The translations under genes and the position numbers were made by a program. The notes under the pieces are model-generated. The model did not search any database and was not told the DNA's origin. It saw only the letters and a program-made list of their open reading frames with translations. A stretch of 63,831 nucleotides of DNA, the filler included, from Octopus bimaculoides (lineage: Eukaryota), in assembly GCF_001194135.2 (NCBI RefSeq). It is 6 parts of 6 records of this genome, joined end to end, with 100 filler letters (N's around TTAATTAATTAA, not from the genome) between each part and the next. Parts side by side here need not be neighbours in the genome. Positions count along the whole stretch, not along the records: positions 48,694 to 57,367 come from NC_068984.1; positions 57,468 to 61,958 come from NC_068993.1; positions 62,059 to 63,831 come from NW_026342506.1; 3 more parts are not named here. The stretch is one strand, 5' to 3'. This document shows, in pieces, positions 50,642 to 62,607 of this stretch (position 1 is the stretch's first letter; every line of letters starts with the position of its first letter).

Positions 50642-50744
50642 GCCGCCATCATGTACGAAGGTAACTGAACAACTAACTGAAACTGTCTGACGTCAAGAGA
50701 TCCTGCTGTGACGTTGAATGACAAGGTCACTGTATATGACGTAA
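50642..50744 (-). promoter_or_regulatory. Candidate Pol II promoter / TSS signature
   Basis: TGACGTCA at 50688-50695, TGACGT at 50709 and TGACGTAA at 50737. The minus strand has TCAGTT twice (50675-80, 50663-68) followed by ATGATGGCGGC. Motif coincidence only. Confidence 0.35.
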
Positions 50745-50824
50745 TCTCTCATCGCTAGTGCAATGGTTGCGACAGCATGAGTGTTGCTGTGTTGTCTGTT
50801 GTCATAGCTGTTGTTGTTCTTCTT

Positions 50825-51035
50825 GTTGACGTTTAGCCCCATATCAGTCTACACTGTGCATGCCTATAATTCAAGCCTTCCAGCATTGACAACACAACCC
50901 AATCGTTTACTCAGATACAGTGGATCCAAGAACACATTATCCACGCGTCCTTCCTAAATATATATATATATTTTTTGCAAGACAGCTTGGTGTAAAGCGA
51001 CATATCTATTTGCTATTTCTACAGGTCAAACTTCA
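50825..51035 (+). mobile_element. Family E, strongly diverged
   Basis: GTTTAGCCCCATATCAG...CCTTCCAGCATTGAC...CATTATCC...GCTATTTCTACAGGTC. Confidence 0.45.
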
Positions 51036-51368
51036 ACAGAATGGCGTCTTCATTGACTCATGCGACATTTATAGTAGCACAATATTGTTCGCCTTTGGAT
51101 TGTTTGCAGTCCAACACTGTTTTAGCATAAACGAACTAAGTGAAATAACTCACAGTGGATAGTGGCACATATCTGAACTATAAAAGACGAATAAGGTTAT
51201 ATCAAATAACACGCAAGATAAATTCTTGATTTCTTGAGATTATCGCCGCCTCCACAGGAGGTAGATAAATCCATTAATTATTTGTTGGTTCCCTTAGTAA
51301 CAACACTGATTCAGAACGCTTACATATCTATCTATCAATCAATCAATCTATCTATCTATCTATCTATG

Positions 51369-51428
<60 letters not shown>

Positions 51429-51493
51429 GGAAGATGAAACAGACAGAAGCAAAAATAAGTGGTATAGTGATCTAGAGTTTGCGGTACAGCTGC

Positions 51494-52000
51494 TCAATTT
51501 GGAGTGGGTGGTACTTTCCAATTCGTCAACAGGAACTTAGCCATATGCTTACAACCGCTGAAAATTTCTGATCTAGAATTCAGCAGTGTGTTAGAGTTCT
51601 TAGATTTGAAAAGGATTTGATTTCTTTCAACTGCGCATAGCTTACAATTCTTTGATCCGTTAACATATGATAAGGATTTTTCGACTATTTTCCACTTTAT
51701 AATATATGGTGTGGGGTTCTCTTTCAAACCCCATATATGGCTGGCCAACTAATAGCTTTACTTTTGTTCCCGTGTCAGAAGGAAGATATGTGGTTAGCAT
51801 ACCGATTTTTGAATTCACCTTCACATAGTCCGATATAACTCGTTTTGGTTGTTATCATCTAGTGTTGGTGTAACTTCTGCCTCATATATGATGGATTTAA
51901 TCATTCATTACTGGACAGATTATTGAGTTTCGACATTTACAACTGAGAGTCGGCTCTTGGTGTTGTTCTCATGTAATGATGCGAGAATATCACTTAGTTG
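51494..52000 (-). mobile_element. Penelope-like element, GIY-YIG endonuclease fragment (decayed)
   Basis: The minus strand reads CKCRNSIICPV / SIIYEAEV / SYIGLCEGEFKNRYANHISSF / ASHIWGLKENPTPYIIKWKIVEKSLSYVNGSKNCKLCAVERNQILFKSKNSNTLLNSRSEIFSGCKHMAKFLL. Confidence 0.9.
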
Positions 52001-52919
52001 GGAGACATATCTCTCAGTATTAATACTGTCTCTGACGCTAATATATATTTTTTAATAAGCAACAAAGATATTGGACTAAACAATAAATAGTCTACATTGA
52101 AAAATGCGGTGTTCCTAGAGAAAAGACAGGATGGTCGCAACTGTTAAGGTATTACCTGATCAGAGTTGATCTGGAAATAAACGTCCCCTTTAAACAACCA
52201 GTTTCTAACATAGGAACCAGGTCACATATTTTATTGGAGGAAAGCAATAGTTATTCCTGAAACCATTTATTTCCAGACCAGAGTTATGTGTTAATTGAGT
52301 GAAAATAAACATATGAAACTAATAGAATGAAAGAAATAGTTAATGAAAGAGTGAATGAAAACCAGAATGAGTATAAGAGGGAACCCTATCTACTGTCATT
52401 TCCAAAGCAATAAAAGAAATAAAAAAATTGGAAGAAATTTTGATTCTGTGTTATACAGAAGAAAAGAAAGAAAGAAAGAAAAACGGAAAGAAACAAGTTT
52501 TCGATGATGTACTTTTCTTCTTTTGTGTGTTATATTTTGTCTTTTCTTGTATCTTCTGCTTTCTATGTTACTAGTTTCTGATTATTTTGTTCTCTTCTGA
52601 CGTTTCGGTATTGTTTCCTTTGTCTTCGAAGTTTATATACATATTCATGCATGCATATATGTATGTATGCATATATGTATGTATGCATATATGCATGTAT
52701 GTATGTATGTATTATGTATGTAAGAATGTATGTATATATGTGTGTGTGTATACATATATATATATACATATACGTATATATATATATACACAGACACACA
52801 CACATATTTATTTATTTATACACACACTTACATAAGTATATAGTTCATTTGTAATTCTATATATTTTTTCTTTATTTGTCATTCTCTTGTACTTTTTTAC
52901 TAGACTAGAATAGGGGTTT

Positions 52920-53990
52920 GTCTTCTCTTCTCTTTTCTCTCTCTCCCTCCCCTCTCTCTCTCTCTTTCTCTTCTCCCAATTAAATTTTTTTCTATATTCT
53001 TACTCCATCGTCCTCTTCATTTGTGTCTTCTTCCTGCTTTCTACCTTCCCTTTAAGTCACTCTCTCTCTTTTTCCTCTCTCTCTCTTTCTGTCTCTCTCT
53101 TTCTCTTTTTTGTCTGTTTTTGTCTTCCTTCCGTCCTTCTTTCCTTCTTTCCTTCCCCCCTCCTTCCTTGTATTTTGATTTCTTCCTTCCCTTTTAATTG
53201 ATCATTTATTTGTTTTCATTATTTCTTTGTCTTCGTTCTTTTCTGATTTCCTTCTTTCTTTTCGACCTTCCTCTTCCTATTTTCTCCTTTCTTTCCTTTC
53301 TCATTTTCTTCCTTTGTTCCTTAGCATATTCCATACTTTTGTATTTCCCTCGCTCCTTTCTATTTTCCCCTATTTTTGATTTCGTTCCTTCTTTCATTCA
53401 TTCAGTCAATCATTCCTTAGTTTCTCTCCATCTTTTTCCTTTTATTCATCAATTCATTTTTTCTTTATCTTATTCGGAAATTTTTTCTGTCTTTCTCATT
53501 TTTTTTTATTCTTTCTTTCTTTCATTCATTCTTCAATTTACTCTTTCAATTTCACTTTCTATTCTTCTTTCTTTCTGTTCATCAGTCTTGCTTTTTCTTT
53601 CTTGCTTTCTTTCTTTTGTTCATTCCCCCCTGTCTTTCTCACTTTTACTTCTTCCCTATCTTTTTCTTTATTTCTTCCCGCTTTCTTTCATTCTTTCGTT
53701 CTGAATGTGTTTCTTTCTCTTTCCCTCATTCTCTCTTTCCAATTGTCTATCTTCCTTTTTACTATCTTCCACTGTTTCTCATTCTTTTTTGCAGTCTTTC
53801 TCTCTTTCATTCAATCATTTTCATTCTTTCTTTCTCATTGTCTTTCTTTCCTTCTGTCTGTGTATTTATTTCATTTCATTTTTATTCATTCTACTCCTGT
53901 TTTTATTTTCATCCTCTTTTCTGAATCGTTTAATCGTTGTTCAGACATTCCAAATTATTTATTTATTTATATATTTTTAATCTTAATCTA
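52920..53990. repeat. Long polypyrimidine (CT/TTTC-rich) low-complexity tract
   Basis: Directly visible; it yields the F/S/L-rich pseudo-ORFs. Confidence 0.85.
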
Positions 53991-54928
53991 GTATTCATGA
54001 GTTGATTTTTTTAATTTACTTATTTACTTATTGTTGCGTTTTGTTGTATTTGTTATTGTTGCTGTTGTTTATTCCTTCTTGTCTTATGCATGCAATTTTG
54101 TTGAGCGCTGTCAATTAACTAGTTTAATTTTATTATGCGTTTATTTATACTTTTAACGTGTTTGATTTGATTTGATTTTTAATTTCAAATTCAAAATAAT
54201 CAAATAAAAAGTTAAGTAAATACGTAATAATAATAATAAAAATAAAAATTACTGTAATAATAAAATCTCAACTACAACAGCAAAATAAAATAATAACAAT
54301 AAAAACACATCCCCCTTCACAACAACAAAAAGAACATGGCACTCAAACACATCAAGAACAAAAAGATTTAAAACTCCTCATCAGAAATAACATTAAAAAC
54401 ATCAAGAGCAGTAAAAACGATTGCATCGACAACAAGAAGGTAATGCAAACAATTGAATCAACAATAACCACAACGTTACAACAACTACTTCTACTGATAC
54501 TACTACAGCTGTTGTTACAGTATAAGGACAGTAATGAGCAGCAAGGAGTGAATCAAAACTACAGGTATGAGAATATAACAATATAGAAATATGTAGTGAC
54601 CTTGTATATCGCTAAAATCTCAGGTGCATAACATTGAAAATTTTAAAGCTACCAGTATTAGTTTATTACACTACCCATCATTGAGTGACCAGTATTGTGG
54701 CAGGAGAATTTGTATATTACCTTTCATTACAGGCCACAATCTATCCCAAACAAGGGTACACATCTGTAATTCCCCAGATCACTTTTACAATTCTCTTTCG
54801 TTACAACACAAATATACTCACACAACCCAGACAATAGAGCATTTGAAGGTATCAGGTTGCATGTAGCAAGGCGATGATGGAGCTTCTAAGAAACTGAAGG
54901 AATAATCTGGTGATTTTTTTTATCATTA

Positions 54929-55074
54929 CACCCGCAGAATATCTCTTAATAGGCGCTTGTCCTAGGAGTTATACCCGCAGAATATCTCTTAATATCTCTT
55001 AATAGGTGCTTGTCCTAGGAGTTATACCCGCAGAATATCTCTTAATATTTCTTAATAGGCGCTTGTCCTAGGAG
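54929..55074. repeat. Tandem repeat, 3 copies of a 43/53-bp unit
   Basis: ACCCGCAGAATATCTCTTAAT(ATCTCTTAAT)AGGCGCTTGTCCTAGGAG x3; copies 2 and 3 carry a 10-bp internal duplication. Confidence 0.95.
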
Positions 55075-55216
55075 CTAGATGTTTCAGTACCTGGACCGGG
55101 CGGTGCGTTGCGTCCTTGGACGAGTTACTTTCTTTTACATTGCTCCCGTCAACTCAAGTGAAATTTAGTACCAGCCGAATACTAGTGCAGCTTCCCATCA
55201 TTTCAACTGTCATATC

Positions 55217-55316
55217 CTGGATGTCCTGTAGAATCCAGAGCTGGATGTCCTGTAGAATCCAGAGCTGGATGTTCTGTAGAATCCAGAGCTGGATGTCCTG
55301 CAGAATCCAGAACTGG
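55217..55316. repeat. Tandem repeat, 4 copies of a 24-bp unit
   Basis: CTGGATGTCCTGTAGAATCCAGAG x4; each unit is bounded by the inverted hexamers CTGGAT/ATCCAG. Confidence 0.95.
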
Positions 55317-56531
55317 AATTAACGAAAATACGTACATTTTCTCAAGCCGTTCTCGATCATGGGTGACGGCTATTTATTTAACTCCTGGCATTAAGACAGA
55401 ACCCAGCCAACTAATCTATGATCAAAATTTCGTGCCATATATTTCGAAATTTAAAGAGCCATTTCAAAGTTGTGCTATCGCTATTTAAGAATTACAGATA
55501 AGTTCACGGCCATCAATTGATCGCAGAAGAGTTCATCGCCATCCATTCACCATTTAATTCGTTGATGAAGCATATTAGAGTTCGAAAATAAGGTTTTTTT
55601 TTATTATTTTACTGTGAACTTACCTCCCCTTAAACCTTCCTTGCGGGAAACTTCCTTTACAGTGAACATTCCTTATGGTGAATTTTCCCTGCGGTGAATT
55701 GATGACGGTGAACTTACCGGACATGCTATTTGAGTACTATATCAGAGTCCTGTCATTTTCCATATCAGAGATTAACAAAAATATTTCATCTCTTACCAAA
55801 ATATCTGTCGCTCTACTTATGGAATTCACTTCTGTTGTATTTAACACATCTATGAGATTTTGGACAAATCTGTTGTTATTGAAAACAATCTCTTCTTTTC
55901 GTCAGTGTGCTATAATCCCACAAATTACCAATTCCTAATTAAACTATTCTTTCTCTCACTCAAATCCTCACAAAATCCGTTGTCTTCATTTTGCGATTCC
56001 TCCATCTTCACCGACTGTACAACAAGAATTTCATCAGCCATTTTCAAACCAAAGTGTAACTACACTGCTTGATGGATCGTAGTAACATGTTTTAAATGTC
56101 GAACTTCATTGGACAAGAGCTTCCAACCACATTATTTAGGTACACACTTGTATTCCTGCAGACCAAATCTCTACCGGTTTGCACTTAAAGAGGGTTATCC
56201 TTCAATTAAAATGCACATTTCCAATTAACATATGATTTCTAATATATGACCTAGTATCCTTCTCTGTCATTTGCGCAGGACCATCTTTCTCTTTCAAAAG
56301 CGACAGAAATATCCACAACTAGCTTTCTATCTTCATTAACAGAATTAGAATTATAGTCATTACATTATAGTCATTATCTTCATCACAAATACTGTGATAC
56401 ATCACGTTTATAATTAAGGATTTTTAATTTGGTAATCGTATAGCATTCAATCTTCATTACTTTTATGTTTGTACCCACAAACTAACACACACATATGCAC
56501 ACACACATACACGTGCATATGTAGATATAAT

Positions 56532-56563
<32 letters not shown>

Positions 56564-56859
56564 TAAACACACAGACATGTGTACATAAATCTATGTATTT
56601 TACTTTAGTCTCCACAAGGGATTGATTTTTAAAACTGCGTGCTCTGGCTTGAGTAACAAGTGTTGCCTCTCTCNNNNNNNNNNNNNNNNNNNNNNNNNNN
56701 NNNNNNNNNNNNNNNNNNNNNNNNNNNNNNNNNNNNNNNNNNNNNNNNNNNNNNNNNNNNNNNNNNNNNNNNNNNNNNNNNNNNNNNNNNNNNNNNNNNN
56801 NNNNNNNNNNNNNNNNNNNNNNNNNNNNNNNNNNNNNNNNNNNNNNNNNNNNNNNNNNN

Positions 56860-56934
<75 letters not shown>

Positions 56935-57237
56935 GTAGTCTTATTTTTATCACGTGCTTACACTGCTCTGTATGCCTTGGGTATGTGTTGTGGTTTGCTG
57001 TGAAACTGTTACTTTTAATGTACTGAAAGTGTTCTACGTAGGATGTGTGCGGTGCCGAATAGTGCTACTTTCTGTATGTTATATATATTTGTTAGCCCTG
57101 ATGTTTTTGTTATGTATTCGTCTGAATATTTTTTATCATACCTAATACACTTTCTATGATAGGAATTGTTTCCGTTTTTATACTCCACATTCGAGTTACC
57201 TCTGTTTCCAGGTCTTTGTATTTTACCTCTATTTCCA

Positions 57238-57279
<42 letters not shown>

Positions 57280-57499
57280 CATTCTTTTTCTTCTTCTTCT
57301 TCTTCTTCTTCTTCTTCTTCTTCTTCTTCTTCTTCTTCTTCTTCTTCTTCTTCTTCTTCTTCTTCTTNNNNNNNNNNNNNNNNNNNNNNNNNNNNNNNNN
57401 NNNNNNNNNNNTTAATTAATTAANNNNNNNNNNNNNNNNNNNNNNNNNNNNNNNNNNNNNNNNNNNNCATGTATGAATGGAAAAAATGTATACATATAA

Positions 57500-57542
<43 letters not shown>

Positions 57543-57544
<2 letters not shown>

Positions 57545-57718
57545 CTCTTCTGCTTTAGGCACAAAGCTCGAAAATTTAGGGGAGGGGGCCAGTCGAGTAG
57601 ATCGATCCCCAGTACGCAACTGGTACTTAATTTATCGACTCTGAAAGGATGTAAGGCAAAGTCGATCTCGGCGGTATTTGAACTCAACATACCGCTAAGC
57701 ACTTCGGCCGGCCTGCTA
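57543..57718 (-). mobile_element. SINE family C
   Basis: Tail, core and partial head in reverse orientation. Confidence 0.85.
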
Positions 57719-57950
57719 TGCCTGAAGAAGGTAGTGCTTCCCTGGGTCAAGAGAGTGACTGCTGGGAGACTCTATGTCTGGCAATAGGACTCTTCACCAT
57801 GCCACACAATCAACAGAACCCAGTCATGGCTGCCAGACAATTTCTGAAGCCACATCACCCCTAACATCTGGTCACCTAACTCCCCAGACTGCAACCACAT
57901 TGATTATTATGTGTGGGACGCAGTTGAGCGAGAGAAGAACAAAACTTCTC
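57719..57950 (+). mobile_element. Tc1/mariner-superfamily transposase catalytic-domain fragment (pseudogenised)
   Basis: A single frame reads CLKKVVLPWVKRVTAGRLYVWQ*DSSPCHTINRTQSWLPDNF*SHITPNIWSPNSPDCNHIDYYVWDAVEREKNKT, matching QQDSAPCH...WPPNSPDxNPxDY. Confidence 0.88.
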
Positions 57951-57952
57951 TC

Positions 57953-58040
57953 GGGATAAGTAAATTACATCGATCCCAGTGATACACTGGTACTTATTTT
58001 ATCGACCCCGAAAAAAATATGAAGGGCAACGTCGACCTTT
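57953..58040 (-). mobile_element. SINE family C fragment
   Basis: TTACATCGATCCCAGTG..ACTGGTACTTATTTTATCGACCCCG. Confidence 0.75.
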
Positions 58041-58659
58041 GAAACTCTCCTTTTCTAATCTCATTTCTCTATACTTGCACAAATGCGTTCATATCAACGT
58101 ACCAACATTTCTTGTTAGGTTTATTTACAACAACGCACACGGATATAAACTGACAGTTCAATTTAACCCCCAAAACAAACTGGACTAACCTATTGCAACA
58201 CTAAGGCACTTTCTTGAATGTTTTCATATATAATCTGAAGTAACGCTTTTTTATGGTACAGCAATCAATTAGGTCTTACATTCATTTCAACTATCACATT
58301 TTCCTCTGCCATCCAATCAAATTTGTTCTGAAAATCTAGATTATACATCTACTAAAATATCCTATGCAGTTATTTACTGGAAAAACATATCATTGTGAGA
58401 GAAGTGGATACGTGAAAGTGGTTGATACGATAAAAAGAACAAATATAGTTTATGCTATGTTTATAGAGATATAAATGTATATATATGCACATGGAGATTG
58501 TTGCACACATGCATGCACACACATATATAAAAGTATATGCATATATGTATATATACACATGCAGATTGATGCGCACATGCATGCACATACATACACACAC
58601 ATATATATATATAAGTAAATGCATGTATGTATGTATAGTGTGAGAATTTACAAAAAAAC

Positions 58660-58800
58660 AAAAGACGAAGACGGGTGTGTAAACAACAACAGATGTATTA
58701 GTTTAACACTCGGGAAGTGAGAAAGTCTTTTACGTTTCGAGCCTACGCTCTTCGACAGAGAGGAACACAAAAATAAACAGGGAGAGAAAATAGAAAACGG
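58660..58800 (-). mobile_element. Short repeat resembling a Penelope-like terminal region, carrying a hammerhead-like motif
   Basis: The minus strand reads CTGTCGA-A-GAGC-GTAG-GCTC-GAAACGTA-AAAG. Confidence 0.5.
58726..58762 (-). ncRNA. Minimal hammerhead-ribozyme-like motif (core variant, probably inactive)
   Basis: CUGuCGA (A6 to U relative to CUGANGA), stem II GAGC/GCUC with a 4-nt loop, GAAAC, palindromic ACGU, and a GUA triplet. Confidence 0.45.
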
Positions 58801-58965
58801 TATAGTGGCTAGTGATCTATCTATCTATATATATATATAAAGCAGCATTATTGATTTGAATTGCAGAATTGCAGGCGGAAACTTTGAAATCAGTCATTAT
58901 TCCTCTTCTTAAATCATAATGAATATGTAAACAATGAAAAGTATTGAGAAAGACCTCAGTTTAGT

Positions 58966-59180
58966 ATTGATTTTAAATTTTGGCACAAGGTCAGTAATTT
59001 CGGGGGAGGGTGTAAGCCGACTACATCGAGCTCAGTGCGTAACATATACTTATTTAATCGACCCCGAAACGATAAAAGGTAACGTCGACCTAATCAGAAC
59101 TTGAACTCAGAACGGAAAGACGGGCGAAACGCCTGTAAGCTTTTTGCCCGGCGTTCTATCGATTCTGCCAGCTTGCAGCC
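58966..59180 (-). mobile_element. SINE family C, full length, diverged
   Basis: TTGATTTTAAATTTTGGCACAAGG...CTTGAACTCAGAACG...TTCTGCCAGCTTGC. Confidence 0.82.
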
Positions 59181-59595
59181 TAATTTTCAGCAAAATATTA
59201 AATTGTTTTCATTATAATTCAACGTAAAAAAACTCTCACTAATATGTATGTATGCATGTATGTATGAATGTATGTATCTATTATGTATTATTTATGTATA
59301 CCTACATGTATATATGTGTATGTGTGAATGTGCATGTGTGCATATGTAATTGTATATGAACGTGTGTGTACCTTTCTTTCACTTGAACATCCATAATGGC
59401 TTTTGTGTGTGAGTTGTATGTGTGTGTGTGTGTGTGTGTGTTTGTGTGTGTGTGTTCGTTGCATGTTTGTGTGTTCTTTAAAGCCAATTTTCACAATGTA
59501 GTGACATGAAAGAACATCCTCTGGAGACCTTTTAAATACCTACCGGAATGATCGTCGTTGTCGTTCTATTGTTGAACTTTCTTAGAAAACTTGGA

Positions 59596-59626
<31 letters not shown>

Positions 59627-59705
59627 CATATATATATATATATGTATATATATATATGTAAAATTTGATTACACACGCACACATATATGTATACATATGC
59701 ATTCA

Positions 59706-59740
<35 letters not shown>

Positions 59741-60009
59741 TATATATATAGACAGAGAGAGAAAGGGGGAGAGATAGAGTGTGTGTGTATGTATATATAT
59801 ATATATATATATATAATTATACATGCACACAGGCCCCATTACGTATATTACATAAGCTCTGTGAGAGCTTATGTAATATACAAATGTTTGATTTAGGTAT
59901 ACTCCACACCAACATTCACGTTCAAACGCATATATGTATATATATAAACACACACACACGCACGTATGTTTATATATATGTGTATATATATATGTGTGTG
60001 TATATATAT

Positions 60010-60066
<57 letters not shown>

Positions 60067-60701
60067 NNNNNNNNNNNNNNNNNNNNNNNNNNNNNNNNNN
60101 NNNNNNNNNNNNNNNNNNNNNNNNNNNNNNNNNNNNNNNNNNNNNNNNNNNNNNNNNNNNNNNNNNNNNNNNNNNNNNNNNNNNNNNNNNNNNNNNNNNN
60201 NNNNNNNNNNNNNNNNNNNNNNNNNNNNNNNNNNNNNNNNNNNNNNNNNNNNNNNNNNNNNNNNNNNNNNNNNNNNNNNNNNNNNNNNNNNNNNNNNNNN
60301 NNNNNNNNNNNNNNNNNNNNNNNNNNNNNNNNNNNNNNNNNNNNNNNNNNNNNNNNNNNNNNNNNNNNNNNNNNNNNNNNNNNNNNNNNNNNNNNNNNNN
60401 NNNNNNNNNNNNNNNNNNNNNNNNNNNNNNNNNNNNNNNNNNNNNNNNNNNNNNNNNNNNNNNNNNNNNNNNNNNNNNNNNNNNNNNNNNNNNNNNNNNN
60501 NNNNNNNNNNNNNNNNNNNNNNNNNNNNNNNNNNNNNNNNNNNNNNNNNNNNNNNNNNNNNNNNNNNNNNNNNNNNNNNNNNNNNNNNNNNNNNNNNNNN
60601 NNNNNNNNNNNNNNNNNNNNNNNNNNNNNNNNNNNNNNNNNNNNNNNNNNNNNNNNNNNNNNNNNNNNNNNNNNNNNNNNNNNNNNNNNNNTATATATAT
60701 T

Positions 60702-60769
<68 letters not shown>

Positions 60770-60774
60770 TGTGT

Positions 60775-60982
60775 GTGTGTCTTTGTGCCGGTGTTTGACC
60801 CAACCGCTTGACAACCGGTGTTGGTGTGTTTCTGTCTCCGAAACTTAGAAGTTCGGCCAAAGACATCGATAGAATAAGTACCAGGCTTTAAAATGTACTG
60901 TGATAGACTCGTTCGACTAAAAATTCATGAAGGCGGTGCCCCAGCATGACCACAGTCAAATGACTGAGACAAGTAAAAGAAA
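60775..60982 (+). mobile_element. SINE family B, 3' half (5' half probably in the gap)
   Basis: GCTTGACAACCGGTGTTGG...CCAGCATGACCACAGTCAAATGACTGAGACAAGTAAAAG. Confidence 0.88.
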
Positions 60983-61921
60983 AAAGGTGACCAAGACACG
61001 CTACCTTTTTAAATGAGAAGCAGGAAGTTTTTGTTTAGTTTATAATCATCGAAGCATTGCATTTGATAGACAGGCATGAGTGTCATGACTGGAACGCTTT
61101 TGAGTATAAATTTTTTGAATTACGTAGTACCTGGAACTAAGGAGAAACACAATTGAAATTAAGTTTCAGTCAAGTTTTTGGTTTTTAATTAACACTTTGT
61201 TGTTTTAAATTAACAATTTACTTTTTAAAATCAAATCTTACGGACTTCCAATCAGTCTTCTGCAAGCTTGTTGATTAAATTTGTCCAAGAATCCTATAAT
61301 TGATATATTGTTCCTAGAGTATTCATCAACATAATAACCTATCGAGCTTTCCCAATTAGGAAATATACTTTGTTTCATAAAGTTTCTATTCGGTTCTCTC
61401 AAGACACATCCTGCTGTTTTCACTAATATAATTTATGGTACGGTAATTGCTTTATCTTGCCATATTCAGCGAATCTTCTCGTATCCTAAGTCGAATTTTA
61501 CTGTCGTATATCAATAAATATTTATTATATCTCACACACTTTTGCAATAAATAGATTCAGATCAGTGACCTCTTGTGATGGAAGCTATCAATCAAAACTG
61601 AAAGATACTATTGGCTTCGTTGTGTGAAAAATGTTTCCTGTGAAATGAGAAATCGTCACGTTCCTGCTCTTCCAATGGAGTGAATGAATTAGCAATCAAC
61701 TGGGTTTCAAAGATCGTATATTTTGCTCGTCAGGCGCTTATAACCAACTACATTAATATCTTCTACGTATTCTCTAAACAGATAAAGTCGACACGAGATA
61801 TAAAACTTGACACCTTCTTCTACATCTGGTATCCATCTAATCTATCTATCTATCTATCTCTCTAATCATCTCTCTCTCTCATATATATTTAACGTTTCAT
61901 GACGTCCTGTGCCCCCTCCCC

Positions 61922-61958
<37 letters not shown>

Positions 61959-62078
61959 NNNNNNNNNNNNNNNNNNNNNNNNNNNNNNNNNNNNNNNNNN
62001 NNTTAATTAATTAANNNNNNNNNNNNNNNNNNNNNNNNNNNNNNNNNNNNNNNNNNNNCGACTTTGCTTTTCATCCTT

Positions 62079-62180
62079 TCGGGGTCGATAAATTAAGTAC
62101 CAATTGCGAACTTGGGTCGATCTAATCGACTGGCTTCCTCCCTCAAAACTTTCAGGCCTTGTTCCTAGAGTAGAAAAGAA
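62079..62180 (+). mobile_element. SINE family C, 3' part (in the left arm of the inverted duplication)
   Basis: Core and tail ending GTAGAAAAGAA. Confidence 0.9.
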
Positions 62181-62607
62181 TATGTTAAATTCCACTCGTT
62201 AATCCGATTTCTTTTGGTCCGTTACATATTTTCATTGACACTGGTGGTTAAATTGTCGTTTTTAATTTCTAGCAAGCTGGTGCTTCGTGTACCTCCTATT
62301 ATATTTATATATAAGGATGAGGAAATATTAAAAATAAATACTCATAAAGATGTTATTATTATCATCATCATTATTATTATTATTATTATCGGGTGCAAAT
62401 CCAAATAATTGGTCATAAAAAGAGCAATAACCTTAGTGGCAACAAACGATATTAGCATTTAACAGTTATACAATAAATTCTTAATAACAGTAGGGGGTAC
62501 ACGAAGCACCAGCTTGCTAGGAGGAAAAAACCCACAATATAACCACCAATGTCTCTGAAAATATGTAACGGACTAAAAGACATCGGGAAAACGAGTGGAG
62601 TTTAACA

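Noticed and set aside
49132-50730. 532-aa ORF, the longest in the track
   Set aside because: It is built from GA/GT low complexity and reads through an N gap, with no domain-like sequence. The same applies to all X-containing and (YI)n/(HT)n/(CV)n/(SFFL)n ORFs.
54929-55316. Short direct-repeat arrays as possible CRISPR
   Set aside because: The units are contiguous with no unique spacers, there are no cas genes, and the context is eukaryotic.
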